64,000 bases of DNA from Polyangiales bacterium (GTDB taxonomy: Bacteria > Myxococcota_A > Polyangia > Polyangiales > Ga0077539). The notes under the pieces were generated by a model. That model was not told the DNA's origin, made no database searches, and saw nothing but the letters and a program-made list of their open reading frames with translations. The stretch spans positions 672,001-736,000 of the forward strand of contig JBGARZ010000002.1 of NCBI GenBank assembly GCA_044229975.1, in the 5' to 3' direction. Position 1 is the stretch's first letter, and every line of letters starts with the position of its first letter. This document shows, piece by piece, positions 39,803 through 49,890 of the stretch. Made by a program: the position numbers and the translations under genes.

Positions 39803-41011
39803 TCAGGCGCCGGCGGTGCTCTCGGACGAGGCGGGCGGGGTCGGCGCGGTCGGGGTGACCGTGATGCCGCCATCGTGGAAGAAGCGCGAGTCGATCCACT
39901 CGGTGAGCGGGGCCGCCACGTAGATGGAGCTGTACGTCCCAGCCAGCACGCCGACGATCATCGCCCAGGCGAAGTCGCGGATGACGCCGGTGCCGATGAA
40001 CACGAAGGCCGACACCGACAGCACCACCGTCACGGAGGTGAGGATGGTGCGCGAGAGCATCTCGCTCACCGACAGGTTGATGATGTCGAGCATCCGCGCG
40101 TTGCGCTTCTTGGCGAGGTTCTCTCGGATACGGTCGTACACGATGATGGTGTCGTTCATCGAGTAGCCCACCACGGTGAGAATCGCGGCCACCGTGGAGA
40201 TGGTGACCTCCTTGCGGGTGATGACGAAGAACCCGAGCGTCACCACCGAGTCGTGGAAGAGCGCGAGGATGCCGCCCGGCGCGAACCGCAGATCGAAGCG
40301 GAACGCCACGTAGATCATGATGAAGACGATGGAGTAGAGCACCGCGCGGAGGGCCGCGTACCGGAGCTCGGCGCCTGCCTTCGGCGAGACCCACACGCTA
40401 GCGTTGAGCCGACCGTTGACGCCGACGCCGTCGGAGGCGACGAGCCCGCGGAAGATCTCGTCGCCGATGCCCACGAGCGGCACCTGCCAGCGATGCTCCT
40501 CGGTGGCGCCCATCTGGAGCGCCACTTCGCCGCGCACGTTGGCGCCCGCGGAGCGGACGAGCTCGGCCACCCGCTGGCCCGAGAGGGTGCTCTCGTTGAG
40601 CTGCACCACGATGTGATCGCCGCCCGGCGAGAGGCGGAAGTCACCGAGGGTGCCCGCGCCCTCGACGCCCGCGAGGCTCTGCGACAGCGCGCGGCGGATC
40701 TCCCCGCTGCGGGCCGTGCTGATGGGCGAGCTCTTCTCCACGCGGATGAGAAACTCGTTGGGGCGCTGCGTGGGCACCACCTCGGAGTGGTCGTGGCCCA
40801 TGCGTTCGAGCACCCCGCGCACACGCCCGGCGTCGACGCTGCCGTCGAACTGCACGGTGAGCTCGGTGCCTCCGAGGAAGTCGATGCCGTACTTGGGGCC
40901 CGGCTTGAAGACCAGGATCGTCGAGATGATGGTCAAGAAGATCGAGAAGCTGATCCAGTACTTCCGGACCGACATGAAGTCGTAGACGCGGTGGCTTCTA
41001 TTGAATTCCAT
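39803..41011 (-). CDS. secF: Protein translocase subunit SecF
   Basis: Start MEFNRSHR at 41011; GIDFLGG, YVAFRF, ALFHD, GYSMNDTIIVYDRIREN, GTYSSIYVA. Confidence 0.96.
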   Translation of the reverse strand: MEFNRSHRVYDFMSVRKYWISFSIFLTIISTILVFKPGPKYGIDFLGGTELTVQFDGSVDAGRVRGVLERMGHDHSEVVPTQRPNEFLIRVEKSSPISTARSGEIRRALSQSLAGVEGAGTLGDFRLSPGGDHIVVQLNESTLSGQRVAELVRSAGANVRGEVALQMGATEEHRWQVPLVGIGDEIFRGLVASDGVGVNGRLNASVWVSPKAGAELRYAALRAVLYSIVFIMIYVAFRFDLRFAPGGILALFHDSVVTLGFFVITRKEVTISTVAAILTVVGYSMNDTIIVYDRIRENLAKKRNARMLDIINLSVSEMLSRTILTSVTVVLSVSAFVFIGTGVIRDFAWAMIVGVLAGTYSSIYVAAPLTEWIDSRFFHDGGITVTPTAPTPPASSESTAGA

Positions 41012-41019
41012 GACGGTTC

Positions 41020-42891
41020 CTACTTCGCCCCGAGGAGGGTCTTGACCTTCAGGCCGCGCACCAGCCAGTCGAAGACCACGCGCGTCGCAAACACACCCGT
41101 GAACAGGTTGGCGAGCACGCCGATGAGCAGCGTGACCGCGAAGCCCTTCACCGGCCCAGTGCCGTACTGGAGCAGCACCACGCCCGAGATGAGCGTCGTG
41201 ACGTGCCCGTCGAAGATGGCGGTAAACGCGTGGCTGTACCCGGCGTCGACCGCCGCGCGCAGCGTCTTGCCGCCGCGCAGCTCCTCGCGGATGCGCTCGT
41301 TGATCAGCACGTTGTTGTCGACGCTCATGCCCACCGTGAGCGCGAAGCCCACGAGGCCCGGCAGCGTGATGGTCGCGCCGAGAAACACCAGGATCGCGAG
41401 CTGGATGGCGAGGTTGACGAGCACCGCGCCGTTGGCGATCCACCCGGCCGCGCCGTAGTAGACGGCCATGAAGAGCAGCACCAGCGAGATGCACACGAGC
41501 ATCGCGTTGCGCGCGTGGCGGATGGTGTCCGAGCCGAGCGTCGGACCCACGTAGTCCTGCTTGCCCTCGGAGAGCGGCGCTGGGAGGGCGCCCGCGCGAA
41601 GCACCACCACGAGGTCATTCGCCTCGCGCATGATCTGCTGGTAGTCGCTGTCGCTACCGAGAGTGATGCGGGCCTGACCGCCGCCGATGCGCTGCTGGAT
41701 CTGCGGCGCCGAGCTCACCCGGTCGTCGAGGACGATGGCGAAGCGCTTCTTGACGTTCTCCTCCGTGACGCGCGCGAAGACCTCGCCGCCGCGGCGGTTG
41801 AAGGTCAGCGAGACGAAGGGACGGTTCTCCTGCGGGTCGACCGAGACGCGGGCGTCGTCGATCATCGAGCCGTCGACCTGGGCGACGCTGAAGACCGTGT
41901 ACGTGCGCCAGATCTCGCCCGCCGCCGCGTTGGCCGCCTCGCCGCGCTCGGCCTTCCCCATGAGAATCTGCCGACCCTCGGGGATCACCGACCGGATGGA
42001 CTCCAGGTAGTCCTGGAGCTGCTGCCGGGCGTTGGGGCCCGTCGAGCGGAGGTACGGCGACGGCGCCTGACGACCGGGCCCGATGGGGGCCATCTCGCTC
42101 TCCTGCGTGATGCCCGACGGGAGAGGATGAGCCACCGGCGCCGGAGCACCCTCGACCGGCGTGACGCCGGGAATGGCGTTGCCCGCGATGATGGCCGGGA
42201 GCGCCTGGCTCTCGTCGTCGAGGATCTTGAAGTCCAGCCGCGCCGTGCGACGGATGATGTCGCGGATCTGCTGGAAGTAGTTCTGATCTTGCCCGGGCAC
42301 CTCGACGACGATGGTCTCGCCGCGCGCCGTGATGGACGTCTCCTTGATGGCGAGCTCGTCGATGCGATTGGAGATCGTCTGGATCGCCTGCTGCACCGCG
42401 CTGTCTTCGAGCGCCGTGACCTCGCGGGGATCAAGACCCAGCGTGAGGTTGTTGCCGCTCGTGCCGAGACGGCGCAGGCCCTGGTTGGTCACCGTGCGAT
42501 CGGTGACGCGCGCGAGGTCGGCCGCCGTGCGGAAGCGCGCGATGAAGTCGCGGTTGGTCGACCCGGCCACCACCGTCACGCGCTGGGCGAGGCGGGTGAT
42601 CTCGTCGGGCGTCAGCCGCCCTTCACCGTGGTGGATGCCAAAGTCACTCGCGAGCTGACCGCGGAAGCTCTCCATGGAGCGCGCGCGTCGGTCGGCGATC
42701 GCCTGCCCGATCTGCACGTCATACGAGAGGCGCGCGCCCCCGCGGATGTCGAGACCCTCGTTGAGTCGAAACGGGATGTGCGCCCGGACCCACGGCGTCG
42801 ACAGCTTTGGGATGCTCGGCCAGAGCACCACGAACGCCCCGACGATGACAAAGAGCACCGTCCCCAACCGCCAGTACCAACCGCGATTCAT
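41020..42891 (-). CDS. secD: Protein translocase subunit SecD
   Basis: GLDIRGG, NRIDELA, AIVLDD, LRAGALPAP, GPTLG, TLPGL.G..LTVGMSVDNNVLINERIREE, GTGPVKGFAVTL. Confidence 0.96.
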   Translation of the reverse strand: MNRGWYWRLGTVLFVIVGAFVVLWPSIPKLSTPWVRAHIPFRLNEGLDIRGGARLSYDVQIGQAIADRRARSMESFRGQLASDFGIHHGEGRLTPDEITRLAQRVTVVAGSTNRDFIARFRTAADLARVTDRTVTNQGLRRLGTSGNNLTLGLDPREVTALEDSAVQQAIQTISNRIDELAIKETSITARGETIVVEVPGQDQNYFQQIRDIIRRTARLDFKILDDESQALPAIIAGNAIPGVTPVEGAPAPVAHPLPSGITQESEMAPIGPGRQAPSPYLRSTGPNARQQLQDYLESIRSVIPEGRQILMGKAERGEAANAAAGEIWRTYTVFSVAQVDGSMIDDARVSVDPQENRPFVSLTFNRRGGEVFARVTEENVKKRFAIVLDDRVSSAPQIQQRIGGGQARITLGSDSDYQQIMREANDLVVVLRAGALPAPLSEGKQDYVGPTLGSDTIRHARNAMLVCISLVLLFMAVYYGAAGWIANGAVLVNLAIQLAILVFLGATITLPGLVGFALTVGMSVDNNVLINERIREELRGGKTLRAAVDAGYSHAFTAIFDGHVTTLISGVVLLQYGTGPVKGFAVTLLIGVLANLFTGVFATRVVFDWLVRGLKVKTLLGAK

Positions 42892-42911
42892 GCCTCAGAG
42901 CCTCCGCTGCG

Positions 42912-43358
42912 TCACTTCTTGTCGGCGTCGGCGGGCTTCGCGTCCGCGGTCGGCGTCTCGTACTTCTTGGTCACGCTGTCTCGCGTGAAGCGCACCCGAA
43001 CCCTGTCGGCCAGCTCGATGACGATCTCCTTCTCGAAGACCTCGTGCACGGTGCCGATCATCCCTGCGTTGGTGACCACGCGGTCGCCCTTGGAGAGCCC
43101 CTTCTGAAGCGTCTCCTGCTCCTTCTGCTGCTGCCGCATCGGGCGCAGCATGAAGAACCACACGAACAAAAAGATCGCGGGGAGCATCAAGGTCTGCATC
43201 CACGACCCGGCGCCCCCACCGCCGCCACCTGTGGCACTGCGAGCGGCACCACCGCCGCCGCCCCCACTGCCCGGGGTGAGCGTCGGCTGAAACGCCAGCA
43301 GCGCCGCGATGCCGCGGTAGGAGAGGGAGACGAGGGAGTCGATCGCCGTGGGTGTCAT
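42912..43358 (-). CDS. yajC: Preprotein translocase subunit YajC (Gly-rich N-terminal extension)
   Basis: FFMLRPMRQQQK, LSKGDRVVTNAGMIGTV; directly upstream of secD. Confidence 0.92.
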   Translation of the reverse strand: MTPTAIDSLVSLSYRGIAALLAFQPTLTPGSGGGGGGAARSATGGGGGGAGSWMQTLMLPAIFLFVWFFMLRPMRQQQKEQETLQKGLSKGDRVVTNAGMIGTVHEVFEKEIVIELADRVRVRFTRDSVTKKYETPTADAKPADADKK

Positions 43359-43535
43359 CGGGTCACTCTTTCGAAGCCCTTCGAGGCGCGTCGCGACGGC
43401 TCTCGTCGGACGGCGTGCGGAGACCATCCATGGAAGGTCGGCGCGGGGCGGAGGGCGCTGCTAACACGCACCCCGACGCGGGGTCAACCGCGCATGGCCC
43501 GGTGCCGAACCCGCATCGTGATAGCCTCGGCGCCT

Positions 43536-44069
43536 GTGAACCCGGCCCGCCGCTCCCTTCTTCCCGCCCTCGTTCTGGGCTTCGCGGCGATGACCTCGCA
43601 CGGCTGCGCCTCGCCGCCGACGACCTCCGACGCGGCGACAGACGACCGGCTCTCCGTCGTCGATCCTTCGCTGGAGGTCGGCACGGGACAGTCGTCGTGG
43701 GAGTCGCTGACGGACGGAGCGCCGGTGGAGCTCATCCACGGCCCGCAGGGTGGCTACCACCTCTTCGCCCGCATCCGCGAGCAGCGCCTCGGAGGCGACG
43801 TGCAGGTGACCTTCCGCGTGACGCCCGTGGAAGGCGGCGAACCCGTCAACGACCCCGCCGACCGCATCCGCCTCCTGGAGGGCCGCGGCCTCCTGCGCAC
43901 CACCGCGGGCTGGGAGTCGTCGAGCGCGTTACTGGTCATCCTGACGCGCATCCGAGGCCCCGCCGAGGTCGTCGGACGTCGCTTCATCCTCGAAGCCAAC
44001 GTCGCCTCCACGGGCTCATCGACGATCTCCACCGTCCGACGAACGATCGCCATCGTCGACGAGACATGA
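43536..44069 (+). CDS. Lipoprotein of unknown function
   Basis: GTG start; hydrophobic signal ending HGC; LEVGTG, VELIHGPQGGYHL. Confidence 0.7.
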   Translation: MNPARRSLLPALVLGFAAMTSHGCASPPTTSDAATDDRLSVVDPSLEVGTGQSSWESLTDGAPVELIHGPQGGYHLFARIREQRLGGDVQVTFRVTPVEGGEPVNDPADRIRLLEGRGLLRTTAGWESSSALLVILTRIRGPAEVVGRRFILEANVASTGSSTISTVRRTIAIVDET

Positions 44070-44126
44070 ATCAGCCGCACGGGGGTTGTGGCCGTCGGTC
44101 GGCGGTCGGTGGTAGGGTTTCCGACC

Positions 44127-46265
44127 GTGACGGCGAACCCCTACCGACCCCGTTCCACGATTCTGCGCGCGCCTGGTGTTGAGCCCGTCGGGGCACCACC
44201 GGTGCCACCCACCCCGCCGCCTCCAGCGTCGACGGGCCCCGCGCGATCGCTCTCGCCCGGTTCCGTGGTGCTTGGCCGCTACACCATCCAGAAGGTCATC
44301 GGCCGCGGCGGTATGGCGACCGTCTACCTCGCAAAAAACCAGGAGACCGAGCGCCTCGTCGCGCTCAAGATCCTCGACCCGGAGATCTCCAGCGACCCGA
44401 GCTACGTCGAGCGCTTCCGCCGCGAGGCCCGCGCCGCGGGACGTATTCGCAGCGACCATGTCGTGGCGATCTACGACCTCGGCACCGACGTCAACGGCAC
44501 CCTCGTCCTGGTGATGGAGTACCTCGAAGGGCAGACGGTTCAGCAGGCGCTGCGCAACGGCCGTCTTCCCATTCCGCGCATCGGCCATCTCGGGCGTCAC
44601 CTCTGTGAGGGCCTCGCGGCGGCCCACGAGTGCGGCGTCATCCACCGCGACCTCAAGCCGGCCAACCTCTTCATCGAGCGCATGCCCGCGGGCGCCGAGA
44701 AGCTGAAGATCCTCGACTTCGGCATCTCCAAGCTGGCTGAGGCGTCATCCCAGGAGCTGACGCGGGCCGGGCAGACCCTCGGCACGCTCGCGTACATGGC
44801 CCCGGAGCAGATTCGCGGAACGGTGAAGGGCAACGACCCCCGCATCGACCTGTACGCCGCGGGCGTGTCGATCTTCCTCATGCTGACGGCGAAGCGGCCC
44901 ATCGACGCCGAAGACACCGTGCAGCTCCTCCAAGCCGTGTTGGAGAAGCCGCCGCTCACGCTCGCGCAAGCATCGGGCGTGGAGTTTCCCCACGCGCTCG
45001 AAGCCTTCGTCGCGCGGGCCCTCCAGAAGGAGTCGGCGCGCCGCTTCCAAAACGCCATCGAGATGCGCGACGCCCTCCTGTCGGCGGTGAGCGCCCCGGT
45101 GTCTCTCGGTAGCGTCGAAGAGGTGCCCGAGGTCTCGTCCACGATCATCTCCGAGGCGCCGCGCTTCGACGGCCCGCTGCCGATGTCAACGCCTTCGGGC
45201 GTGGTCGCGCGGGGCGGTCACGACGTGGCGCCACCAGGCCCGGTGATGCTCCCGTCGTTTGATGACGACGAGGAAGAAGGCAAGACCGTCGTGCGGGCGC
45301 CGCAGTCCGCGCCCAACGAGTCGCCCGCGGTACTCCCCGCGGCCGGTCGTCGCATGGGCATGGCCCCCGACTACGGCGCTCCGCCTCCGGGCCCGTCGCC
45401 CATGCGCGCCGCGACCATTGCCCCGACCGGCCTGTCGGGCAACGGCCCCCCGATGTACGCGCCACCGCCTACCGAATCGACGATGCTCGCCGACCCGGCC
45501 GCATCCAGTCCTTTCGGAGCCTTCAACGGTCCGGGCATGCACCCGCCGATGGGACAGGGAAACCCCGCGATGGGCGCCGCGGTCGGGCCTCCGATGCCCT
45601 CCAACAACCCCTTTGGTCCGCTCGGTGGAGGGTCCCCCTTCGCGCCTCCGCCCTACGTCGCCCCGGCGCCCGCGCCCGCTCCTGCTGCACCCGCCAGGCG
45701 CTCGCCCATGGTCTTCGTGCTCGGTGCCGCAGCCCTCGTCGCGGTCGCGCTCGTGGGTCTCGCGGGCAAGGTCGCGGTCGATAGCCGCGCAGCCAACAAC
45801 GCCGCCGCGCGCATCGAGCGACCGCGCCCCGCCGTTGCGCCAACCCCGACTGCTGCACCGACCGTCGAAGCCGTGGTCCCGGTCGCGCAGCCCATCGTCG
45901 CGCAACCCATCGCGGCGCCTGCACCCATCGCGGAAGCGCAGCCCCTCGCGCCCGCTGCGCCTGTCGCCGCCGCAGCCCCGGCCCCGGAGCCCGCGCCCGA
46001 ACCCGCCGCTGCCCCCCCTGCCCCGACGCCGGCACCGGCTGAGCCCGCTCCCGCGGCTCCCCCCGAGCCGGCGGTCGCGCACACTCGCCATGCGCCGCGA
46101 GCGCCCCGCCCCGCCACGACGGCAGCGGCCGCCCCCGCTGCTGCGCACACCGCCCCGACGCCTCGCGTGGTCCGTCCCACTCCGGCACCTGCGGCGCCGC
46201 CCGCTCCGCGAGCACCGCGCCCTCGACGTGGTGGTCGCGGCGTCATCACCGACCTGCCGTTCTAG
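44127..46265 (+). CDS. Membrane Ser/Thr protein kinase with long Pro/Ala-rich regions
   Basis: IGRGGMATVY, VALK, HRDLKPAN, DFG, GTLAYMAPE; TM MVFVLGAAALVAVALVGLA; ends GVITDLPF. Start placed at GTG 44127 behind a TAGGGT hexamer. Confidence 0.93.
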   Translation: MTANPYRPRSTILRAPGVEPVGAPPVPPTPPPPASTGPARSLSPGSVVLGRYTIQKVIGRGGMATVYLAKNQETERLVALKILDPEISSDPSYVERFRREARAAGRIRSDHVVAIYDLGTDVNGTLVLVMEYLEGQTVQQALRNGRLPIPRIGHLGRHLCEGLAAAHECGVIHRDLKPANLFIERMPAGAEKLKILDFGISKLAEASSQELTRAGQTLGTLAYMAPEQIRGTVKGNDPRIDLYAAGVSIFLMLTAKRPIDAEDTVQLLQAVLEKPPLTLAQASGVEFPHALEAFVARALQKESARRFQNAIEMRDALLSAVSAPVSLGSVEEVPEVSSTIISEAPRFDGPLPMSTPSGVVARGGHDVAPPGPVMLPSFDDDEEEGKTVVRAPQSAPNESPAVLPAAGRRMGMAPDYGAPPPGPSPMRAATIAPTGLSGNGPPMYAPPPTESTMLADPAASSPFGAFNGPGMHPPMGQGNPAMGAAVGPPMPSNNPFGPLGGGSPFAPPPYVAPAPAPAPAAPARRSPMVFVLGAAALVAVALVGLAGKVAVDSRAANNAAARIERPRPAVAPTPTAAPTVEAVVPVAQPIVAQPIAAPAPIAEAQPLAPAAPVAAAAPAPEPAPEPAAAPPAPTPAPAEPAPAAPPEPAVAHTRHAPRAPRPATTAAAAPAAAHTAPTPRVVRPTPAPAAPPAPRAPRPRRGGRGVITDLPF

Positions 46266-46328
46266 GACCGTCGGCGCGGCGCACTGTCGGCTTGACGCTC
46301 GGGTCGGCGCGGGACGAACATCCCCGCC

Positions 46329-47141
46329 GTGTTGAGACCCGCGACCCTCTCCCTCTCTCTCTCCCTGGTCCTGCTGTCATCGCAGGCCTTTGCGCAACAG
46401 GCGACCACCGACGAGTCCCGACTCGAAGACGCACGCAACCAGTATCGGGCCGGCGTGCAGGCCTTCCAGCGTGGGCGCTTCGGCGAGGCGACGGTGGCGT
46501 TCGAGCGCTCGTTTCGCGCGCGCCCGCACCCCGCGACGCTCTACAACGCCGCCGAGGCTCGCATGCGAGCTGGCGACAACGAGGGCGCCCTTGCGCAGCT
46601 CCGAGAGCTCCTCGCGATGACGACGCCCGCGCCCGATGCCGACCTCGCGGGCCGTGCGCGCAACCTGGCCCTCCAGATGAACGAGCGTGACCTCCAGCCG
46701 GCCGTGGCACGGGTCGAGAGCGCCCCCTGCCCGACCTGTCCGACCTGCCGAACGGAGACGCCATCGTGTCCCCCGGCGCCCGAGCCCGAGGTGGTCACCA
46801 CGCGCATTGGCGGCGGGGCCTACGCGTTGGGCGCCGGTGCCCTGGTGTTGACCGCCGTGGGCTCGGGCTTCCTGGCGGTGGCGATCAACAACGCTTCGGT
46901 CTTCACGGACATCGGCGCGATGTCCAACCGCGCTGGTCTTCGCGAGGTGCAAGACCAGTTGCAGGACCAGGGCGAGACCTACCGCACGGTCGGCATCATC
47001 GGCCTCGCGCTCGGAGTCGGCGCGGCCGTGGGCTCCATCTGGATGTTCACGCACCCGCAAGAGCGCCGCTCGCAAGCGCCCACGGCCGGCCTCAACTTCG
47101 GCATCTCTCCCGGCGGCATGGCGCTGTCGGGTCGCTTCTAG
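46329..47141 (+). CDS. Secreted TPR protein with two hydrophobic helices and terminal GxF-type strand
   Basis: Signal ending AFA-Q; ARNQYRAGVQAFQRGRFGEA, TLYNAAEA; CPTCPTC linker; ends GMALSGRF. Confidence 0.78.
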   Translation: MLRPATLSLSLSLVLLSSQAFAQQATTDESRLEDARNQYRAGVQAFQRGRFGEATVAFERSFRARPHPATLYNAAEARMRAGDNEGALAQLRELLAMTTPAPDADLAGRARNLALQMNERDLQPAVARVESAPCPTCPTCRTETPSCPPAPEPEVVTTRIGGGAYALGAGALVLTAVGSGFLAVAINNASVFTDIGAMSNRAGLREVQDQLQDQGETYRTVGIIGLALGVGAAVGSIWMFTHPQERRSQAPTAGLNFGISPGGMALSGRF

Positions 47142-47200
47142 CCCCGCGGCGCTCTGCCACGGGAGCCCCTCTCTGCCCGACAGGTCACGTCATCCCCACG

Positions 47201-48583
47201 ATGCCCAACGTCACGCCCTCCGTCACTCCTCCTTCGCCCGTCACCAACCTTCTTCAGCGCCTCAACCGAAGCGCCGATCGCCACTCGCGAATCACGGCGG
47301 GCCCGGTGCACGTCGGCTTCCCGGGTGGCGCGGTAGAGACCTACCACCTCGGCAACGGCCTGCGGGTGCTGCTCCAGATCGATCGACGCGCTCCGGTGCT
47401 CTCGTATCAGGTCTGGTTCAACGTCGGTTCGCGCCACGAACGCGAGGGCAAGACGGGCCTCGCACACCTCTTCGAACACCTGATGTTCAACGAGACGAAG
47501 ACCCTGCGGGCCGGTCGCTTCGACGCGTTGATGGAGCGCGCGGGCGCGGAGACCAACGCCGCAACCTGGACGGACTGGACCTACTACCACGAGAACATTC
47601 CCGCCGATCAGCTGCCGCTGGTGGTGCGGCTCGAAGCTGACCGCATGCGCAACCTCGTGCTCCATCCGAAGCTCGTCGCGAGCGAGAAGGAGGTCGTCGC
47701 CAACGAGCGCCGCTTCAGCGTCGTCGACAGCGTCGACGGCATGCTCGCGGAGACGCTCTGGTCGCTCGCGTTCAACACGCACCCGTACCACCACCCGACC
47801 ATCGGTTGGATGAGCGACATCGAGGGCTTCACGCCGGCCGACTGCCGGGCGTTTTACAAGACCTGGTACGCCCCCAACAACGCGACGGTGGTGGTCGTCG
47901 GTGACACCGACCGCGCGCGGGCGCTGCGGCTCATCCAGCGCCACTACGGTGCGATGCGACCGGCGACGATCCCCGACCTGACGATCCCCGACGAGCCCGC
48001 CCAGACCGACGACCGCCTCGCGGTGCTCGAGCTGCCGACGCCCACCGCCAAGGTCGCCATCGGGTTCAAGTGCCCCGCGTTCGCGCACCGCGATCACGCC
48101 GCGCTCTCCGTCCTCGTCGAGGCGCTCACCGGAGGTCGCTCGGCGCGCCTCTTCCAGAGCCTCGTGACCGAACGCGAGATCGCCACCGACGTCTCCGGGT
48201 GGGTCTCGCCGTTTCGCGACCCCGGGCTTCTCGACATCAGCGCCGTCGGACGCGGTGCGGTCACGCCAGAGGCGTTGCGTGAGGCGGTGGAGCTCGGCAT
48301 CGCGTCGGTGGGTGACATCCCCATCACCGAAGACGAGCGCGATCGCGCGATCGCGCGCATGGAGTTCGGCTTCCTTCGCGGCCTGGAGACCGTCGGCGGG
48401 CGCGCCGAGCTCCTCGGCAACAACGCCCTCGTGCTGGGCAACCCTGTCGGGAGCCTCACGCGCGTGGAGACGATGCGCTCCCTCACCGCCGCCGACCTCC
48501 AAGACGTCGCGCGCCGCTACCTGCTGGGCCAGGCCCGCTCGGTGGTCCTGGTGCGCTCCAACCTCGCCGCAGGGGTCGCGTGA
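47201..48583 (+). CDS. M16B zinc peptidase, catalytic subunit
   Basis: LGNGLRV, VGSRHE..GKTGLAHLFEHLMF (HxxEH), NAAT..D.T.Y, EKEVVANER, YAPNNATVVVVGD. Confidence 0.93.
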   Translation: MPNVTPSVTPPSPVTNLLQRLNRSADRHSRITAGPVHVGFPGGAVETYHLGNGLRVLLQIDRRAPVLSYQVWFNVGSRHEREGKTGLAHLFEHLMFNETKTLRAGRFDALMERAGAETNAATWTDWTYYHENIPADQLPLVVRLEADRMRNLVLHPKLVASEKEVVANERRFSVVDSVDGMLAETLWSLAFNTHPYHHPTIGWMSDIEGFTPADCRAFYKTWYAPNNATVVVVGDTDRARALRLIQRHYGAMRPATIPDLTIPDEPAQTDDRLAVLELPTPTAKVAIGFKCPAFAHRDHAALSVLVEALTGGRSARLFQSLVTEREIATDVSGWVSPFRDPGLLDISAVGRGAVTPEALREAVELGIASVGDIPITEDERDRAIARMEFGFLRGLETVGGRAELLGNNALVLGNPVGSLTRVETMRSLTAADLQDVARRYLLGQARSVVLVRSNLAAGVA

Positions 48584-49869
48584 TGCCCCCGACCACCCTG
48601 TACTGCGAGTCCGCCCACGACCTCCCGCTCGTCGACCTGCAGCTCGTCGCACGCACCGGCGCGCAGCACGATCCGGCGGGCAAGGAGGGCGCGCTCAACC
48701 TCGCGCTCCGAACGCTCCGCCGCGGCACCCGCGCCCGCAACTCGCGGGAGATCGACGCGCTCATCGACCGGCTCGGTGGCGAGTTCGGCGCCTCGGCCGA
48801 CGTGAGCTCCGCGACGCTGCACGCCGCGGTCATCCGTCGCAACCTCCCGGCCTTCCTCGACCTGTTCGAGGAGTTCGTCACCGGCGCCACGCTGCCCGAG
48901 GCCGAGGTCGCCCAGGTGCGCCGCGAGATGCAGGCCGACATCGTCGAGAGCCGCGACGACGACCGCACGCTCGCAGGTCGCCACTTCCGCCGCACGCTCT
49001 TCGCGGGCCACCCCTACGGTCGCCCCACGCAGGGCACCGTCGCGGGCCTCGACGCGGTGACGGGTGACGACGCCCTCGCGGCCTTCCGGCGCACCTTCAG
49101 CCGCGACAACGTGTTCTTCGCGGCGGCGGGCGACGTCTCCCTCGCCGAGCTGGCGGCTTTCTCCGATCGCATCAACCCGGGGCTGGCTTCGGGGCCGTCG
49201 CCCACCACGACGATCGAAGCGCCGAAGCCCATCCGCGGTCGCCGCCTCGTGATCGTCGACAAGCCCGAACGGTCACAGACCCAGATCTACATCGGCAACC
49301 TCGGATCGCAGCCGCGCGACCGCGACCAGCTCGCGCTCTTCGTGGGCAACACCATCTTCGGCGGAACCTTCACCGCTCGCCTCATGCGCGAGATCCGCTC
49401 CAAGCGCGGCCTGTCCTACGGTGCCTCGTCGCGGCTCGGTCGCGACCGCGCGCGCAGCAGCTGGTCCATGTCGACCTTCCCTGCCGCCACCGACGCAGCG
49501 CGCTGCATCAGCATCCAGCTGTCGATGTTGGAGGGGCTGTTGGAGAAGGGCGTCACGGCGCGCGAGGTGTCGTCTGCGCGCGCGTTCATCACGCGTGGCT
49601 ACGCGTTCGAGCGCGACACCGCCGCGAAGCGTCTCGGACAGTTGATCGAGATCGACCTCCTCGACCTGCCGAAGTCCTACTTCGACGACTACATCGAGCG
49701 CATCAACGCCGTGACCGTGGACGACGTCAACGCCGCCCTCCGCAAGCGCCTCTCCGCGGACAACCTCCTCGTCACCGTCGTGGCCACCGCGGACACCCTC
49801 CGCGGGCCGCTGGAGAGCTGCATCCCCGGGCTCGTCGACACGCGCGTCGTGCCCTTCGACCGCGACTGA
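48583..49869 (+). CDS. M16B peptidase, non-catalytic partner subunit
   Basis: No HxxEH; HPYGRP, FGG.FT.RLM.EIR.KRGLSYG (R/Y pair); TGATG overlap with the catalytic subunit. Confidence 0.9.
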   Translation: MPPTTLYCESAHDLPLVDLQLVARTGAQHDPAGKEGALNLALRTLRRGTRARNSREIDALIDRLGGEFGASADVSSATLHAAVIRRNLPAFLDLFEEFVTGATLPEAEVAQVRREMQADIVESRDDDRTLAGRHFRRTLFAGHPYGRPTQGTVAGLDAVTGDDALAAFRRTFSRDNVFFAAAGDVSLAELAAFSDRINPGLASGPSPTTTIEAPKPIRGRRLVIVDKPERSQTQIYIGNLGSQPRDRDQLALFVGNTIFGGTFTARLMREIRSKRGLSYGASSRLGRDRARSSWSMSTFPAATDAARCISIQLSMLEGLLEKGVTAREVSSARAFITRGYAFERDTAAKRLGQLIEIDLLDLPKSYFDDYIERINAVTVDDVNAALRKRLSADNLLVTVVATADTLRGPLESCIPGLVDTRVVPFDRD

Positions 49870-49890
49870 CCCGGCGGTATCGTCCCGCTC

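Noticed and set aside
45640..46230. Pro/Ala-rich quasi-repeats (also PT repeats near 6980-7005 and the CT run near 46346-46364)
   Set aside because: Low-complexity coding linkers or signal-peptide codons with imperfect periodicity; no evidence of a DNA repeat element or phase-variable tract.
48583..49869. M16 protein lacking HxxEH as a pseudogene
   Set aside because: An inactive partner subunit beside an HxxEH subunit is the normal M16B heterodimer arrangement, and the ORF is intact.
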